DNA of 51,516 nt from IMG/VR virus record IMGVR_UViG_3300033232_000065, positions 1 to 51,516 of that record, one strand, 5' to 3'. This DNA comes from a virus. Its lineage: Duplodnaviria > Caudoviricetes. Below are positions 26,058-37,400 of this stretch, in pieces; position 1 is the stretch's first letter, and every line of letters starts with the position of its first letter. The notes below the pieces were generated by a model. That model had not been told where the DNA came from. It was given only the letters and a program-made list of their open reading frames with translations, and did no database searches. A program made the translations under genes and the position numbers.

Positions 26058-28130
26058 TTATGCGCTCACCAGCATGTTGTCAATGTAGATCTTTCGACTG
26101 GCCTCGTACTTCTTCAGATAGGCCCGATATCGCACGTGTCCCGCAATCGCAGGGGTGAATTCGGGGATGCTGAACTGCACCCACGTTGATCCGTCGGACA
26201 AGACGGCGTTGGACTTTACAACGGTCGTGGCGAACGTGGTGCCGTCGCTGATGTACTCCGCCTCGATGTACAGTTCGTCCGCCGTCGGGTACACAGACCA
26301 CGCATCGTCGGCCCGCATGTAGACCGATTTGTTCCGCGCGGATGCCGGGACGGAAAGTTCCGTCCATTCGAAGATGATGATTTCCGATCCGATGGCGCAA
26401 TTGGACAGCGGCACCACTTCGATCGACGATGCCGCACCGCCCGAGCGCACGATATCCGTATTCTTGATGACATCCCCGAACATCAAATATGCATAAGAAG
26501 CCCCGAGGACTTTGCCATAATCCTCGAAAAATACCCCCTGACGAAATGGACCCCCCGCGCCGACAGTATTTCTATAGAGAATGGTTGGGGCGGACGGAAC
26601 AAGCGTTGCAGACGGTCGCACAGAAACGGATAGCCCCGAGGATGCACCTCCACTGTTAAAAACGAATTGGTAGTTGCAGCCGCTGATCGTCCCGCTGATC
26701 GTGTGACCGGGGCCGGAGTTGATGCCATTGTAGCAGCCGCTGATCGTCCCGCTGATCGTGTGACCGGTGCCGGAGATGATGCCGCTGGAGCAGCCGCTGA
26801 TCGTCCCGCTGATCGTGTGGCCGGTGCCGGAGTTGATGCCATTGTAGCAGCCGCTGATCGTCCCGCTGATCGTGTGGCCGGTGCCGGAGTTGATGCCATT
26901 GTAGCAGCCGCTGATCGTCCCGCTGATCGTGTGACCGGTGCCGGAGTTGATGCCGCTGGAGCAGCCGCTGATCGTCCCGCTGATCGTGTGACCGGTGCCG
27001 TAGGCGATGCCGCTGGAGCAGCCGCTGATCGTTCCACTGATCGTATGCCCGGTGCCGTAGAGGATGCCGTACCCATAAAACGTCGTGCCGGTTCCTGCCG
27101 TCGAGTTGATCTCACATTGGAACACGCCTCCATGCGTTGCTCCGGACGTGTAGTCAACAATACCGATATTCGTGTTCCCGTTGAACCGGATCGACACGTT
27201 CCGCGAAATCAGATAGATCCTCGCCCCCGGATACTGCGTCGAATCAACCGCAGCGGACAGTACAATGGACCCGGCGTTGATCGTCGTGAGTTGCAGCCGC
27301 TGCTGGTCGTAGATCTGTGGTCCGGCGTTCGCAAGCACAACCCGATCATGCCCGTCCGTTGTGACCCATGGTCCATCAGCGGTCACGTCATCCAGCACGT
27401 TGACCGTCGCAGAGCCGGAGGCGTACCCGGTAAACAGGGTGCACGTTCCAGAGCCAGTCCCGGTGATATCGACGATTGTTTCGTCTGAGTTCTGCGTGGC
27501 CAACTTGCAGGTATTCCCTGAAACTCCACGGACGTAATAGATCGTGTCTTCCAGCAGTCCGGTCGGCAGTACACCAGCCGCCGAGGTAATCATTACGGCG
27601 GTCCCGGCGGATGGAGGCGGGGTTCCGAGGTCAATCGTGTCGTTCGCTGTATCAACTGTCGCCCCGGACGCCGTGAAATCGTATTTCGTGCCATAGGTGC
27701 GGACGGATTTATTCGTCGGCTCGGAATCGTACAGGGCGATATCGAGGTACAACGCTTGGATCCGAGACGTGCCATTGAGTTCGATGATGGCCTTGTTGGC
27801 GAACGCCAACGATCCCGTGTTGCCCCACACGCCGTCCGAGTTGGCGAGCAATCTGCCCTTCACCGCCGCGTTCGTTCCGAGAATTCCGTAGTTCGTCCCG
27901 GTGCGGAATTTCAGGTGGCCGGTGGAGCCGTCCTTGAAGTACAGCATCCCCGGCGTGGTCGCGTGGCCTTCAATCGTTACAGTGAGTAGTCCCGTGTACG
28001 CCGATAAATCCGAATCCATCAGGACGGAATGACCCGCGGCGATGACAACGGCATCCCCATCAACGGGAGGAACATCCCACGTCCCGGCGACAGACCAGGC
28101 TCCTGATCCCTGAGAAGTTCTGATAGCCAT
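26058..28130 (-). CDS. Beta-helix tail fibre/spike-like protein
   Basis: G8-like start (SGAWS..TW...P..GD.V.I.AGH.V), 19-aa beta-helix repeats. Confidence 0.75.
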   Translation of the reverse strand: MAIRTSQGSGAWSVAGTWDVPPVDGDAVVIAAGHSVLMDSDLSAYTGLLTVTIEGHATTPGMLYFKDGSTGHLKFRTGTNYGILGTNAAVKGRLLANSDGVWGNTGSLAFANKAIIELNGTSRIQALYLDIALYDSEPTNKSVRTYGTKYDFTASGATVDTANDTIDLGTPPPSAGTAVMITSAAGVLPTGLLEDTIYYVRGVSGNTCKLATQNSDETIVDITGTGSGTCTLFTGYASGSATVNVLDDVTADGPWVTTDGHDRVVLANAGPQIYDQQRLQLTTINAGSIVLSAAVDSTQYPGARIYLISRNVSIRFNGNTNIGIVDYTSGATHGGVFQCEINSTAGTGTTFYGYGILYGTGHTISGTISGCSSGIAYGTGHTISGTISGCSSGINSGTGHTISGTISGCYNGINSGTGHTISGTISGCYNGINSGTGHTISGTISGCSSGIISGTGHTISGTISGCYNGINSGPGHTISGTISGCNYQFVFNSGGASSGLSVSVRPSATLVPSAPTILYRNTVGAGGPFRQGVFFEDYGKVLGASYAYLMFGDVIKNTDIVRSGGAASSIEVVPLSNCAIGSEIIIFEWTELSVPASARNKSVYMRADDAWSVYPTADELYIEAEYISDGTTFATTVVKSNAVLSDGSTWVQFSIPEFTPAIAGHVRYRAYLKKYEASRKIYIDNMLVSA
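26676..27068. repeat. Seven 57-bp tandem repeats (GTGHTISGTISGCxxGIxx)
   Basis: Read directly; period 57. Confidence 0.95.
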
Positions 28131-28457
28131 CTACTTCACCACCTTCACGGCCTTGAGGTCAGCGACTTCCTTGACAAGCACGGCTTTCTCCGCCTCCAGC
28201 ACAGCCACCTTCGCCGCCAATTCCTCCTTCGTCGGCTCCAGAGGTTTCACCTTCTCCGCGACCTCGAAGGCGATGCGAGACTCCACGGAGGATCGAATAG
28301 ACGCAACCTTCGCGGACAGTTCTTTCGCGTCCGGCTCCTTCGGGAACGTGAGCACTCCGTTATAGATCACGCCGGAATCGTCGGTGAAATCCACGCGGAC
28401 CTCGTATCCCCACGGGCGGACAACGTTGCCCCAGACGGACTGCTTTATGATCGCCAT
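28131..28457 (-). CDS. Hypothetical tail-region protein
   Basis: 108 aa, GGAGG RBS, C-terminal coiled coil. Confidence 0.6.
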   Translation of the reverse strand: MAIIKQSVWGNVVRPWGYEVRVDFTDDSGVIYNGVLTFPKEPDAKELSAKVASIRSSVESRIAFEVAEKVKPLEPTKEELAAKVAVLEAEKAVLVKEVADLKAVKVVK

Positions 28458-28474
28458 GACTGCCTCCCGAGAAT

Positions 28475-28990
28475 TTACGGCGTCTCCGCCGTCAGCGTGA
28501 CCTGCACGTTCAACGTGTCGCCGGAAAGCACTGCGCGGGGAGACGCGAAATCGCCCGCGCCGTACAGGACACCAGTATCTCCGGTCGCGCTGTCGCAGAG
28601 ACCGCACCCGTAGATCGTGTCATTCCCGGTGATCGGGAAGACGGCCTTGGATGCGGAGTTATCCACCGACCCGGCAGCGACGGACCCCGGCGTAAACGCC
28701 TGCCGGTCGCCGGTGTAGTTCGTCAGCCACGCCCACGTCACATGGGATGCCATCGTGTCGCCCGCCGCCGGAGCGCCGGTGTCTTTGAGGCCGACGTACC
28801 ACGCCGGAGCCGCAAGCCCGGTCTTGAAGCAGGCATCGAGGACCTTGTTGAGACCCGCCGTGACGACAAGGTTCTCGAAGCCGTCCCGCCATTTCAGGAT
28901 GCCGTCCGGCCCGTAGCACTCGACCTCGTATTTCGTCCGCATCACAACCCCGTTCACCAGTCCGAGCAACCGCGCAAGGATCTTCTTCAT
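28475..28990 (-). CDS. Structural protein (tail/fibre associated)
   Basis: KWRDGFENLVVTAGLN...GDTLNVQVTL pattern. Confidence 0.7.
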   Translation of the reverse strand: MKKILARLLGLVNGVVMRTKYEVECYGPDGILKWRDGFENLVVTAGLNKVLDACFKTGLAAPAWYVGLKDTGAPAAGDTMASHVTWAWLTNYTGDRQAFTPGSVAAGSVDNSASKAVFPITGNDTIYGCGLCDSATGDTGVLYGAGDFASPRAVLSGDTLNVQVTLTAETP

Positions 28991-29014
28991 CGCCTTCCTC
29001 CTTCTTGCCTTTGT

Positions 29015-29814
29015 TTATGGGGCCAAAATCTCCCAGGAGATACACCCGGGCGGGACATGCCCAACGTACCCTGGATCGGCGGGAGGTGTATACCCCGTTG
29101 GACTCTGCCGTAGATGCGCCCGCATCCGGGGTGGGATGGGAATGTAATCCACCTGTTGCGCGGCGATCGTAGTCACGTGCCAGGTATCGGATATCACGCC
29201 GCCGAGCGTCAGGGTACATGCCTTGTCGGTCGAGTAGTTCGGGGAGGAGAGCACCCGGAGCGCCACGTTATCGTTTAGGATGACGTTGTCGCCTGAGGTC
29301 AACCAGTCGCCAGCCCCGTTGACCTGATACTTGCAATCCGCGCCGGAGATGGAGATGTCCGTGTCGTTGTCGATCCCCGTCACGCTGATGGAGGTGGCCG
29401 TCGCCACTCCAAGCGTCGGTGTGGTGAACGAGGGCGAGACGAGAGAAGCCTTCGCGTCAAGGAGTCCCTGGAGGTCGCTGCCCGCAAGGTCTATTGACGT
29501 GAACGCCGCCGCCGCAGGGGTCGTGCCGCCGATGACCGAATTATCAATCGTCGCATTGTCTACTGCGGTTATACCGTCGGAGGTGATTGCAATATCCACC
29601 GTTTCGTGCCTGCGTTTGTGTCTGGAGCGATTACCTGCGGGGAAGATTCTGCGGCCCCGGAATCAGCATCGAGGAGGTACGGGTAGAAATTGCCGCCCGC
29701 CATTACATACGCCCGATCCCCGTCGACAAGGGAGTCCCCGTCAACGGAATCGAGCGCGGTAGCGGTGCCTCCTGTGAGAGCGGTGAAGCCCTCATAGATC
29801 GTCTGGATCGCCAT
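29015..29814 (-). pseudogene. Tail-fibre-like gene split into two overlapping frames (29569-29814 and 29015-29599)
   Basis: The first ORF stops shortly after KRWILQ; the overlapping frame continues with fibre motifs IDNSVIGGTTPAA and SPSFTTPTLG. Confidence 0.45.
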
Positions 29815-29979
29815 CTACTCCCCCTTATTCTCCGGCGGTACAGCGGCGAGCGGAGCGGGTGGTACTTCCTTAATCTGTCCGAACGCGTTGATGAGCGGAG
29901 CAACCTCGACATAGGGCTGCTTGCCCAAGTAATTGAGCACGGCGTTGACGAGCTGCTCGGGGACGACGTACTGTTTCAT
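29815..29979 (-). CDS. Small tail-fibre-associated protein
   Basis: 54 aa LNYLGKQPYVEVAALI; AAGGAGG RBS. Confidence 0.6.
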   Translation of the reverse strand: MKQYVVPEQLVNAVLNYLGKQPYVEVAPLINAFGQIKEVPPAPLAAVPPENKGE

Positions 29980-29991
29980 GTAACCTCCTTG

Positions 29992-30024
29992 AAAATGGAA
30001 AGGGCCTCCGAAAAGGCCCCTTTG
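29992..30024 (-). terminator. Intrinsic terminator-like hairpin
   Basis: AGGGGCCTTTTCGGAGGCCCT followed by TTCCATTTT. Confidence 0.6.
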
Positions 30025-30043
30025 GATCCGATATGACGACGGG

Positions 30044-30424
30044 TTAGAATTTCACGCGGATGCCGATCCCGTAGTTATGATTGATCCAGTACGCTTCATA
30101 TCCGATCGTGCCGATCTGGAACATCCTGCGGTACGGGTTCGGAAGCGTGCGGGCGATTGCCGTGTTTAGGATCATCGACCCGGCGAAGTACCAGTTCACT
30201 CCGCTTACCGACGGGTGCCTCCCGAGAAACGCCTCCGCAACACCGTCCTCATAGTAGAGCGTGGGGTTCTTGGCGATCTGCCGCGTTTGGTTCCAGTCTG
30301 CGGCGATTGACACGATGGACGCCGCCTGGAAAACGGTGTCCATCTTGGTCCACTTCCACTTAGAGTCTTCGGCGTTGGCGATAAGAGGAGCAACAAGGAA
30401 CGCGACGATGAGGATCTTTTTCAT
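30044..30424 (-). CDS. Exported/membrane hypothetical protein (moron-like)
   Basis: Signal peptide; AADWNQTRQI...YE...FLGRHPS; C-terminal F. Confidence 0.7.
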   Translation of the reverse strand: MKKILIVAFLVAPLIANAEDSKWKWTKMDTVFQAASIVSIAADWNQTRQIAKNPTLYYEDGVAEAFLGRHPSVSGVNWYFAGSMILNTAIARTLPNPYRRMFQIGTIGYEAYWINHNYGIGIRVKF

Positions 30425-30548
30425 ATGCCACCTCCGCATGGCCTCCGACGGGTTAGGGGGAAACGGAGTCGGAGAACTCCGCTTGTCGGGCTGCAGACCC
30501 TATCCCCCTATATATTGTTCACCATTCAATCATAAAGGCAAGGGTTAT

Positions 30549-33500
30549 TTACTGCGCCCCCACCTTCTGCCATGTGGTTGAGCCACTTGTGTTGATATAG
30601 AGGACGCCAGCGGACGTAACCCAAAGGGATCCTTTTCCCGCGGTGTGTGAAGGAGCGGAAGCGGAAGCAGATGGGTAAAGCACCACTGGGGATTTTGCCC
30701 CGTTAAAATGTCCGCCGTACCCAGCCCCACCATATCCATACACACCAATATTTCCGTTTGACTCGCCCCAGACACCATATCCGGCAGATGAATTTGATAC
30801 ACCCCTTACACCAATCCCGTCGGTAGTATCACTGTTACAAGAGCCAAGAATTGCGTCTGCGCTGGCACCTTGAACGGTCACTGCAAATCCGTTACGACCA
30901 GCAATTTGAGATAGGATCCCTAACACGTTGGAACCGGTGTCCCCGATGCTTATATATTCAACCCAACCTGTGCCATTCCATCGATACCCATGAATGCGCC
31001 CGTCTGCTGTGAAGTTCGTCGCGTTATTTAGCGGATACCGCTTCGTCAATCCCGTTGCCGTCAGATATTTTCCGATGCAGATGAGATAGTTCCCGTCGGA
31101 TGACAGGATGGTCCCGCCGAACGTCTGATCCCCGCCGTACGCCTCGATCTTTCCCCCGGTGATCTTCAGCCCCGCGCCGGGGGTGGTGTTGTCGTCGCCG
31201 GGCGCGGTGTAGCCCGCCTGAATCGTCCCACCTGAATCGAGCGTCAAACCACCACCGGTAAGAGATAATCCCCCGTTGATGGCGGAGAGGGTTACATCCG
31301 CTCCCGTCGCGATCCCGGAGAGTTTCGTGGCGGCGGTGGAATCCAATCCGGATAGATCGCTAAAAGCAAGTCTCTCCGTGGCGAGTGTCCCTGCCGTGAT
31401 ATCGTCCGCGTTCAGCGTTCCCCGGATCGTCAGGGCGGACCCGTCCCATGTCAGGTATTTCGTCCCGTTCCCGATGCTGAACTTATACGCTGCGCTCTCA
31501 TACCCGAGGAAGAACCCCGTACCCGCCGCATAGGCCGTCTGCCCACCCTTGATGGAACCCCCTGCGGAGAGTGTCAACCCGCCACCGGTAAGCGTTAAAC
31601 CTCCGTTGATGGCCGACAGAGTGACATCCGCATCGTCGGACGGCTGGTGTCCATTATCGTCGGTTATCTGACTCCATCCGATAGTCCCGCTTAGGGTGAG
31701 GTCGCCCCGGATGACAAGCCCGCCCGCCGCCGTGTACTTGATGTAGTCGCCCGTCTCCCCTGCGGCCCCGAGGTAGAAGCCGTCCGTGGCGAACTTCGCC
31801 AGCAGATTCTGCGTCGGCGAGGCCGTATCGTAGATGTACAATCCCTTGACACCGGCGACTGTGCCGAGCCGCACGATGGTCTGATCGGAGGCGTTGTTGA
31901 TGAGAAACGCCCCGTCGTTCTCCACAATCCAGTCTCCGGACTTATAGACCGCATCCCCGTCGATCTTCAGGTTATCGCCCGCCGCGGCCCAGAACCCGTA
32001 ATCCCCCGCGCCCCAGTTCCCCGTACCATCGTTCTTCGCCAGCCCGTTCAGGTACCCCATCGCCGTCTTCGTCGCGTCGGTGGCGTCCTTGACCGAGATG
32101 CGGGCGAGATCGAGGTCCAGTTCAATCCGGGCAACGCCTGCGCCGCCGAGCCGCAGCCCGTTCGCCGGATCATATTTCAGGAACTTCGACGAATCGCCGA
32201 TGGCGAGGCCGTAGGTGTCGACCACGTACCCGAGGAAGCCGTTCAGATTCCCGATCCGCAGCCGCTCCGTGTCGGCGGAGTACAGGGATACCCGCAGAGG
32301 AGACGCCGGTTCCAGGAGTATATAGTTCGTCGACTGCCCGACCCGCAGCCGCCCGGGGAGTGCGTTCGGAAGGTTGCCGGTCGATACCGTGCCGTCCGGA
32401 CCCGCCACGACGGGAGAGTACGCCGTGGTCGGTGCGTCCGAAGCGATCGTGATCGCGCCGGGGGCGAGGTCTTCCCAGTCGTCAAACACCTCCGAGAAGC
32501 GGATCGCGCTGATGCCGACGGACACGTCCGGGTTGATCGTGATCTCGTCGATCAGCACGTTGTACGTGCCGCCATAGTCGGCATAATTTACGGTGATCAC
32601 ATCATCGGGCCGAAGGGCGAGAAGCGTGCCCTTGCCGATGAACGAGATATCCGCCGCCTTCAAGAACTTCCGCTGGTAGTAGATCGTCCCGAGTTTCTGG
32701 ACATGCTGATTATTCTGTACGCCGGGGAAGGTGATGACTTCGGCGTCCTTCACGTCCGTCGCCGACTTCGCGGGAACGAGGATCTTCAGGAATTGATCCT
32801 GCGATTCCCCGGCCTGCTGGAACGCGACATACCCGGAGTCCGACACCCGCTCCGCGATGGCGTCCGTGTACCGGAACGTATCCTGGCCGACTTCCTGCCC
32901 CTGCGGCTTCAGGACTTCCGCATCCGTGATCGTCGATCTCGAAGCCTTCGACAAGACTTGCAGACTGATCTTCTCGCCGACGATCAGCGCACAATGGCAC
33001 ATGGCGAGAAGGCGAGACAGGACGGCGCGGCGGTTCTCCTTGTAGTAGAAGGCGAAGTTCCAGGCGAGGGACCACGTCGCAAAGGTCGCCGCCGCTGTGT
33101 CGAATGATGCAAGGTCGAGATCGTAGTCCAGCACCCCCATGTTGCGGAGCACTCGCCGGATGATCTCCGCGGGATCCGTGACCGACGCGGTATCCGACCG
33201 GGAGAACTTCGTCGGCACATCAAGGATCCGGTCGCCCGACATGAAGATGCCCGCCGCGTCCGCCGTACCGTCTCCGTCGCTGTCCGCGATGATCGCCTGA
33301 AACATCCGCCAATCGGTGGCCGCCGCGTCCGCCACGGTGGACTGGGGAAAGGTGAACCCCGCGCTGGCCCACGTGATCTTTGCGCCTAACTCCCGGGGGG
33401 AGCGTACCTCGTCGATCGTGTACGTGTTCGCGGTATCGCCGAGCATGTAATACCGCGCCGCACCCGCAAACACGGACCGAAGCGGAATATAGCAGGTCCC

Positions 33501-34073
33501 GTACGGCTCCGGAATGCACATGGTATCCGGCACTACTCCGTCCGCCACGGGGAAGATGTCGGAGATGAGCCGCGTGTTCGGGTACGATCCGGTAAGGTAC
33601 TCCTGCAGGAAATCCTCGCAGGTCACGTCGATCTGCTGCGCGTACGGCGAGGCCGACTTGATCCGGAACCGCCACGAACCGCACAACTCTTTCCCGTTGC
33701 CGTCGTCGATGACAAGACCGATGCGGACCGTCCCGCCTGAGAAGTTCTCGGCGGCCAGTCCGTTCCCGGCGTTGACGATGGAGAAGGAGACATCATTCGG
33801 TGCATGGATGCCGGATTCGGATTTGGAACGGCGCAGCGCGATCCCGGAGAAATTCACGATCTTGAACGTGTGCGCCCGTTCCCACTCCGACCCCGAGTAG
33901 GAGCCGGGGGAGAGGACGGCACCGGAGATGATCGTCTCCCCGCCGGAGGATGCCTGCGTACCCGTGGACCAGTAGTACACGTTGTCGAGGTTGTCGGTTA
34001 CGCGGAACAACCACGCGACGGTCTTGTTCGCAGCGGCGATCACGGCGGTTTGACGAGTGCTGAAGGTCTCCAT
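30549..34073 (-). CDS. Large tail tip/host-specificity protein
   Basis: 1174 aa after the distal tail gene; tail-hub-like N-half, Gly-rich fibre C-half with duplicated ADVTLSAINGGL.LTGGGLTL. Confidence 0.8.
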   Translation of the reverse strand: METFSTRQTAVIAAANKTVAWLFRVTDNLDNVYYWSTGTQASSGGETIISGAVLSPGSYSGSEWERAHTFKIVNFSGIALRRSKSESGIHAPNDVSFSIVNAGNGLAAENFSGGTVRIGLVIDDGNGKELCGSWRFRIKSASPYAQQIDVTCEDFLQEYLTGSYPNTRLISDIFPVADGVVPDTMCIPEPYGTCYIPLRSVFAGAARYYMLGDTANTYTIDEVRSPRELGAKITWASAGFTFPQSTVADAAATDWRMFQAIIADSDGDGTADAAGIFMSGDRILDVPTKFSRSDTASVTDPAEIIRRVLRNMGVLDYDLDLASFDTAAATFATWSLAWNFAFYYKENRRAVLSRLLAMCHCALIVGEKISLQVLSKASRSTITDAEVLKPQGQEVGQDTFRYTDAIAERVSDSGYVAFQQAGESQDQFLKILVPAKSATDVKDAEVITFPGVQNNQHVQKLGTIYYQRKFLKAADISFIGKGTLLALRPDDVITVNYADYGGTYNVLIDEITINPDVSVGISAIRFSEVFDDWEDLAPGAITIASDAPTTAYSPVVAGPDGTVSTGNLPNALPGRLRVGQSTNYILLEPASPLRVSLYSADTERLRIGNLNGFLGYVVDTYGLAIGDSSKFLKYDPANGLRLGGAGVARIELDLDLARISVKDATDATKTAMGYLNGLAKNDGTGNWGAGDYGFWAAAGDNLKIDGDAVYKSGDWIVENDGAFLINNASDQTIVRLGTVAGVKGLYIYDTASPTQNLLAKFATDGFYLGAAGETGDYIKYTAAGGLVIRGDLTLSGTIGWSQITDDNGHQPSDDADVTLSAINGGLTLTGGGLTLSAGGSIKGGQTAYAAGTGFFLGYESAAYKFSIGNGTKYLTWDGSALTIRGTLNADDITAGTLATERLAFSDLSGLDSTAATKLSGIATGADVTLSAINGGLSLTGGGLTLDSGGTIQAGYTAPGDDNTTPGAGLKITGGKIEAYGGDQTFGGTILSSDGNYLICIGKYLTATGLTKRYPLNNATNFTADGRIHGYRWNGTGWVEYISIGDTGSNVLGILSQIAGRNGFAVTVQGASADAILGSCNSDTTDGIGVRGVSNSSAGYGVWGESNGNIGVYGYGGAGYGGHFNGAKSPVVLYPSASASAPSHTAGKGSLWVTSAGVLYINTSGSTTWQKVGAQ

Positions 34074-34480
34074 CAGTCTGCGATCCTGCCTAAAACTTTC
34101 ATCCTGATTCCGGTGATACCCATGCGCGACATCGCTTGCCCTGAACGCGTGAAGATAGAATCGAAACGGCAGACGTAGACGTGCCCATCTCCGAACGCAT
34201 ATTTGAACGACCGCTGCCGCCCGTTCGCCTTCGCGGGATCGTTGTACCAGTCGAAGATCGTTCCACTGTTGGCCTCGGAAAGAATATTCCAACTGACGGT
34301 GATGTAGAAAATGGATGTCGAATTAAAGGAAATGCGTTCCTCCGAACCATCCGCGCCAATGTGGATCACGTCGTTCTTGGACGACTCCTCAGACACCACT
34401 CCCTGCGGCGTGATGCCGATGGCTGCGTTGTAGTCAGGCGTGATCGTTGGCGTGAAATCATACATCTCCTTCGCCGACAA
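34073..34480 (-). CDS. Distal tail protein-like
   Basis: 135 aa directly after the tape measure gene. Confidence 0.65.
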   Translation of the reverse strand: MSAKEMYDFTPTITPDYNAAIGITPQGVVSEESSKNDVIHIGADGSEERISFNSTSIFYITVSWNILSEANSGTIFDWYNDPAKANGRQRSFKYAFGDGHVYVCRFDSIFTRSGQAMSRMGITGIRMKVLGRIAD

Positions 34481-37400
34481 TTAATTCACCCTCCGGATGG
34501 CATCTGATAGATTCGTGTTGCTCTTGATGTTCTTCGCCACGACATCGGCGACCACCTTCCCATCGAGGTAGACCGGGACGCGCACGGTGATATCCCCGCC
34601 TCCCCCCGGTTGCACCACGCCCGCCCCCCGCAGGTTCTCCCAGAACTGCGGCGGCGCGGATTCAAGGAAACGCGACCGCTGCGGTTCGTACGTCGGGACG
34701 ATCCACTCCTTACCGGACTCCCCGGCGATGGACGGGCCGTAAGTCAGGCCGCCGTGCGCATAATGCGCCAGCCAGGGATACGCTCCGCTGTTGGTATCCT
34801 CCGCCCAATTCGGATCAGACGTGTAATCGTAACTCGCCGGATAGCCGTATGGGTTCGGCAAGGTATCGTAGATGGACGTCCCTGTTGATCCAGTCCCTGA
34901 CATTCCGGCCACGATTGCGGTCGTTGCCAACAGTTGCCTCTCCGCCGCGTCCCGCGCCGCCGCGTCCGCCGCCTCGATCGCCATGATCTGCGCATCCTTG
35001 ATATCGCCCAACTGCTGTACGTCGCCCATGACGGCATCGAACACGGCCTGATAGTCGCCGCCGTAGGCCCGCATGAACTGGAGATATTCCTTACTGACGC
35101 TCAAGAAGGAGGAGAGGTCCTTCGTGGTCGCGCCGGGGGCGCTCACGGTCGCTTTCTGCCGCTCGTACTCGGCAACCCACGCCTCCCGCGACGTGACGGG
35201 CGCGAGGGAACTGATCGTCATACTGGCGATCCAGTCCGTGATCATCTTCTTCTGGTCGAGCAACGACTCGGTGAGTTTCTTCGTACCGTCCGCCGCATCC
35301 TCGACCACGGAATAATACTCATCCGCCGCGCCGGACCATTTCAGGAGGGCGACGTACGCCTCCCTCCCTGCGTCCGTAGACAGGTCAAGCGCCTCCACGA
35401 TTGCGCGGTACCCGTCCCGCGTCGACGGCAGGAAGAGATTCACGTCCTCCAACGCGCCCGACAGTTGCTCCTGAAGCCGCGTCTGTTTCTCCGCGTCGGT
35501 GAAGAACTTGTCATAGTATGTGGCGGCGGATTCCTGCAACTCGTCCAGCCCGCCCGCAAGTTCGATGATGGACTCGGAGAAAGCGATGACCGCCGCCGTC
35601 GCGCCGGGGAACCCCTGCTCCGTCATCTTCAGGATCTCGGTCACGACCGCCTTGTCTACGGCCAGCCGCGCCGCCGTCTCGAACAGACCTTCGTTCAACT
35701 GCTGGTACTTTGACACGAGGTCGCCGAAGAGGGCTTCGACCGCCTCATCGCCGACTTTCGAAAAGTATTCCGACAGGGCCTTCTGGATCTCCTCGCCGGT
35801 CTTCCCCTTCAGGTCCAACTGACTCCCCTCGAACGTGTACTCCAGCACGCGGTTTACGTCGACGCCAAGGCCCGTGGCGATATCGACGAGCGTCCGGCTC
35901 ATCCCCTGGAACACGAGGTTGAACAGCCGACTCACGTCGGCGTCCAGCGACTCGTAGAGGGTCTGGTAGGATGTCTTGTCCGAGTGGAACCATCCGCCGT
36001 CCTTCACCGTCTTGATGACGGAATACTGAAGGACGTCCATGTACTCCCCGGCGATCAGTTGGCCGGCGGTGACCCCCTTGGACTCAATCCCCGAAGCCTC
36101 CAACGTCTGCTTCTTCCCTCCGCCGAAGATCCCGCCGACCACGGTGTTCAAGACCCAGTTGCCGAAATCCTCAATCGCGCCCGCGACCCCCCCGTATAGC
36201 TTATCTTCGCCGTACGTGCCGAACATCGTGGCTGTGTTTTTGAGCGTTACCCCGGCCATCTCCACGCTTCCCGTCCGGACGATGGAGGTGACAAGTCCGG
36301 TGATATTCGTATTCAACTGCTTCACGGAATTATGGATCCCGGTCAGTTCGCGGTACTCCAGATCGTAGGTGTCCTGAAGAAGATCCCACACCTTAGACAC
36401 GGATTCGCTGCCGGTCCCGGCTTCCGCGCCGAGGACGGTGGAGGGAGGAAGGGCGGAAGCCGATGCGCCGCCGCCTCCGCCGCCGAAGGATATGCCCGCC
36501 TGTGAAAGAACGCTCGCCATCAGCGCGATCATCGCGGCGACTCTTGCAAACGCGGTGTACGGATCCCCCTTGCCCTGCGTCGCCACGGCGACGGTAGCCG
36601 CTGCGATCGCCTCCTTCAGGAGAAGTCCCTGTTGGATTACCGATGCCACGGAGGCCGCGTCGTGTGCCAACTTCGCCTGTTTAGAGTTCTCATCGTACAG
36701 GCCACTGATCGCATCCAGCATATCGGCATAGCCGGAGGTCTTCTTCAGGATGTCGTCCATCCGCTTTTCGGTCGCGGCGTCGGCGATGGCGTTCCCTGCC
36801 TGCTCCCGCATCGCGTCGGTGATGTTCTTCTCCAAGTTGTACTTCATCTGAAGCGCATCTATTTCCATATCCAGGAACGACAATTTCTTTTCGTAATACG
36901 TTTCCTCGAATCCGGCCAAATCCTTATAGATGCTCAATTCCTCTTCCATCACCATCATCATTTCGGCTTCGAGTGCACGTGCGGAGGCCCCGCGAACCGC
37001 AGCGAGTCCTTCATCCAACTGAGCGAGGTTAATCGTCCCCGCTTCCCACAGTTCATAAACTCTCGCTACGGCGGTCTCTTCCAGCGCAAGCCGCTTGTTG
37101 ATGATGAGCTGCATCTTGTCCATTTCCCAGACTTGCGCGGAGGTGACGATCTTTTGCCATTCCTTGATGCCGCGTTCGCGTTCGGCCTGCGCTTTTCTTT
37201 CGAACTTCAGCGATTCAGCTGCTCGTTCCCCCTCTACGCCGCCCTCTGCGCCCTCTCTCCACTTGGAGATTACCGCTGCGGCACCGGGGACTTGCTTGAA
37301 CTTCTCGACAAGTTTCTCGGCCTCCACTCGGATGGCGATTAATCGCTTTGTGAACCTGTCGACGCCCTCTCCCTCGATTTTGGCTTCAAGGGTTCGCTTC

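Noticed and set aside
26058-34073. Complete diversity-generating retroelement or invertase shufflon in the tail-fibre region
   Set aside because: No reverse transcriptase, template repeat, invertase or inverted cassettes recognised
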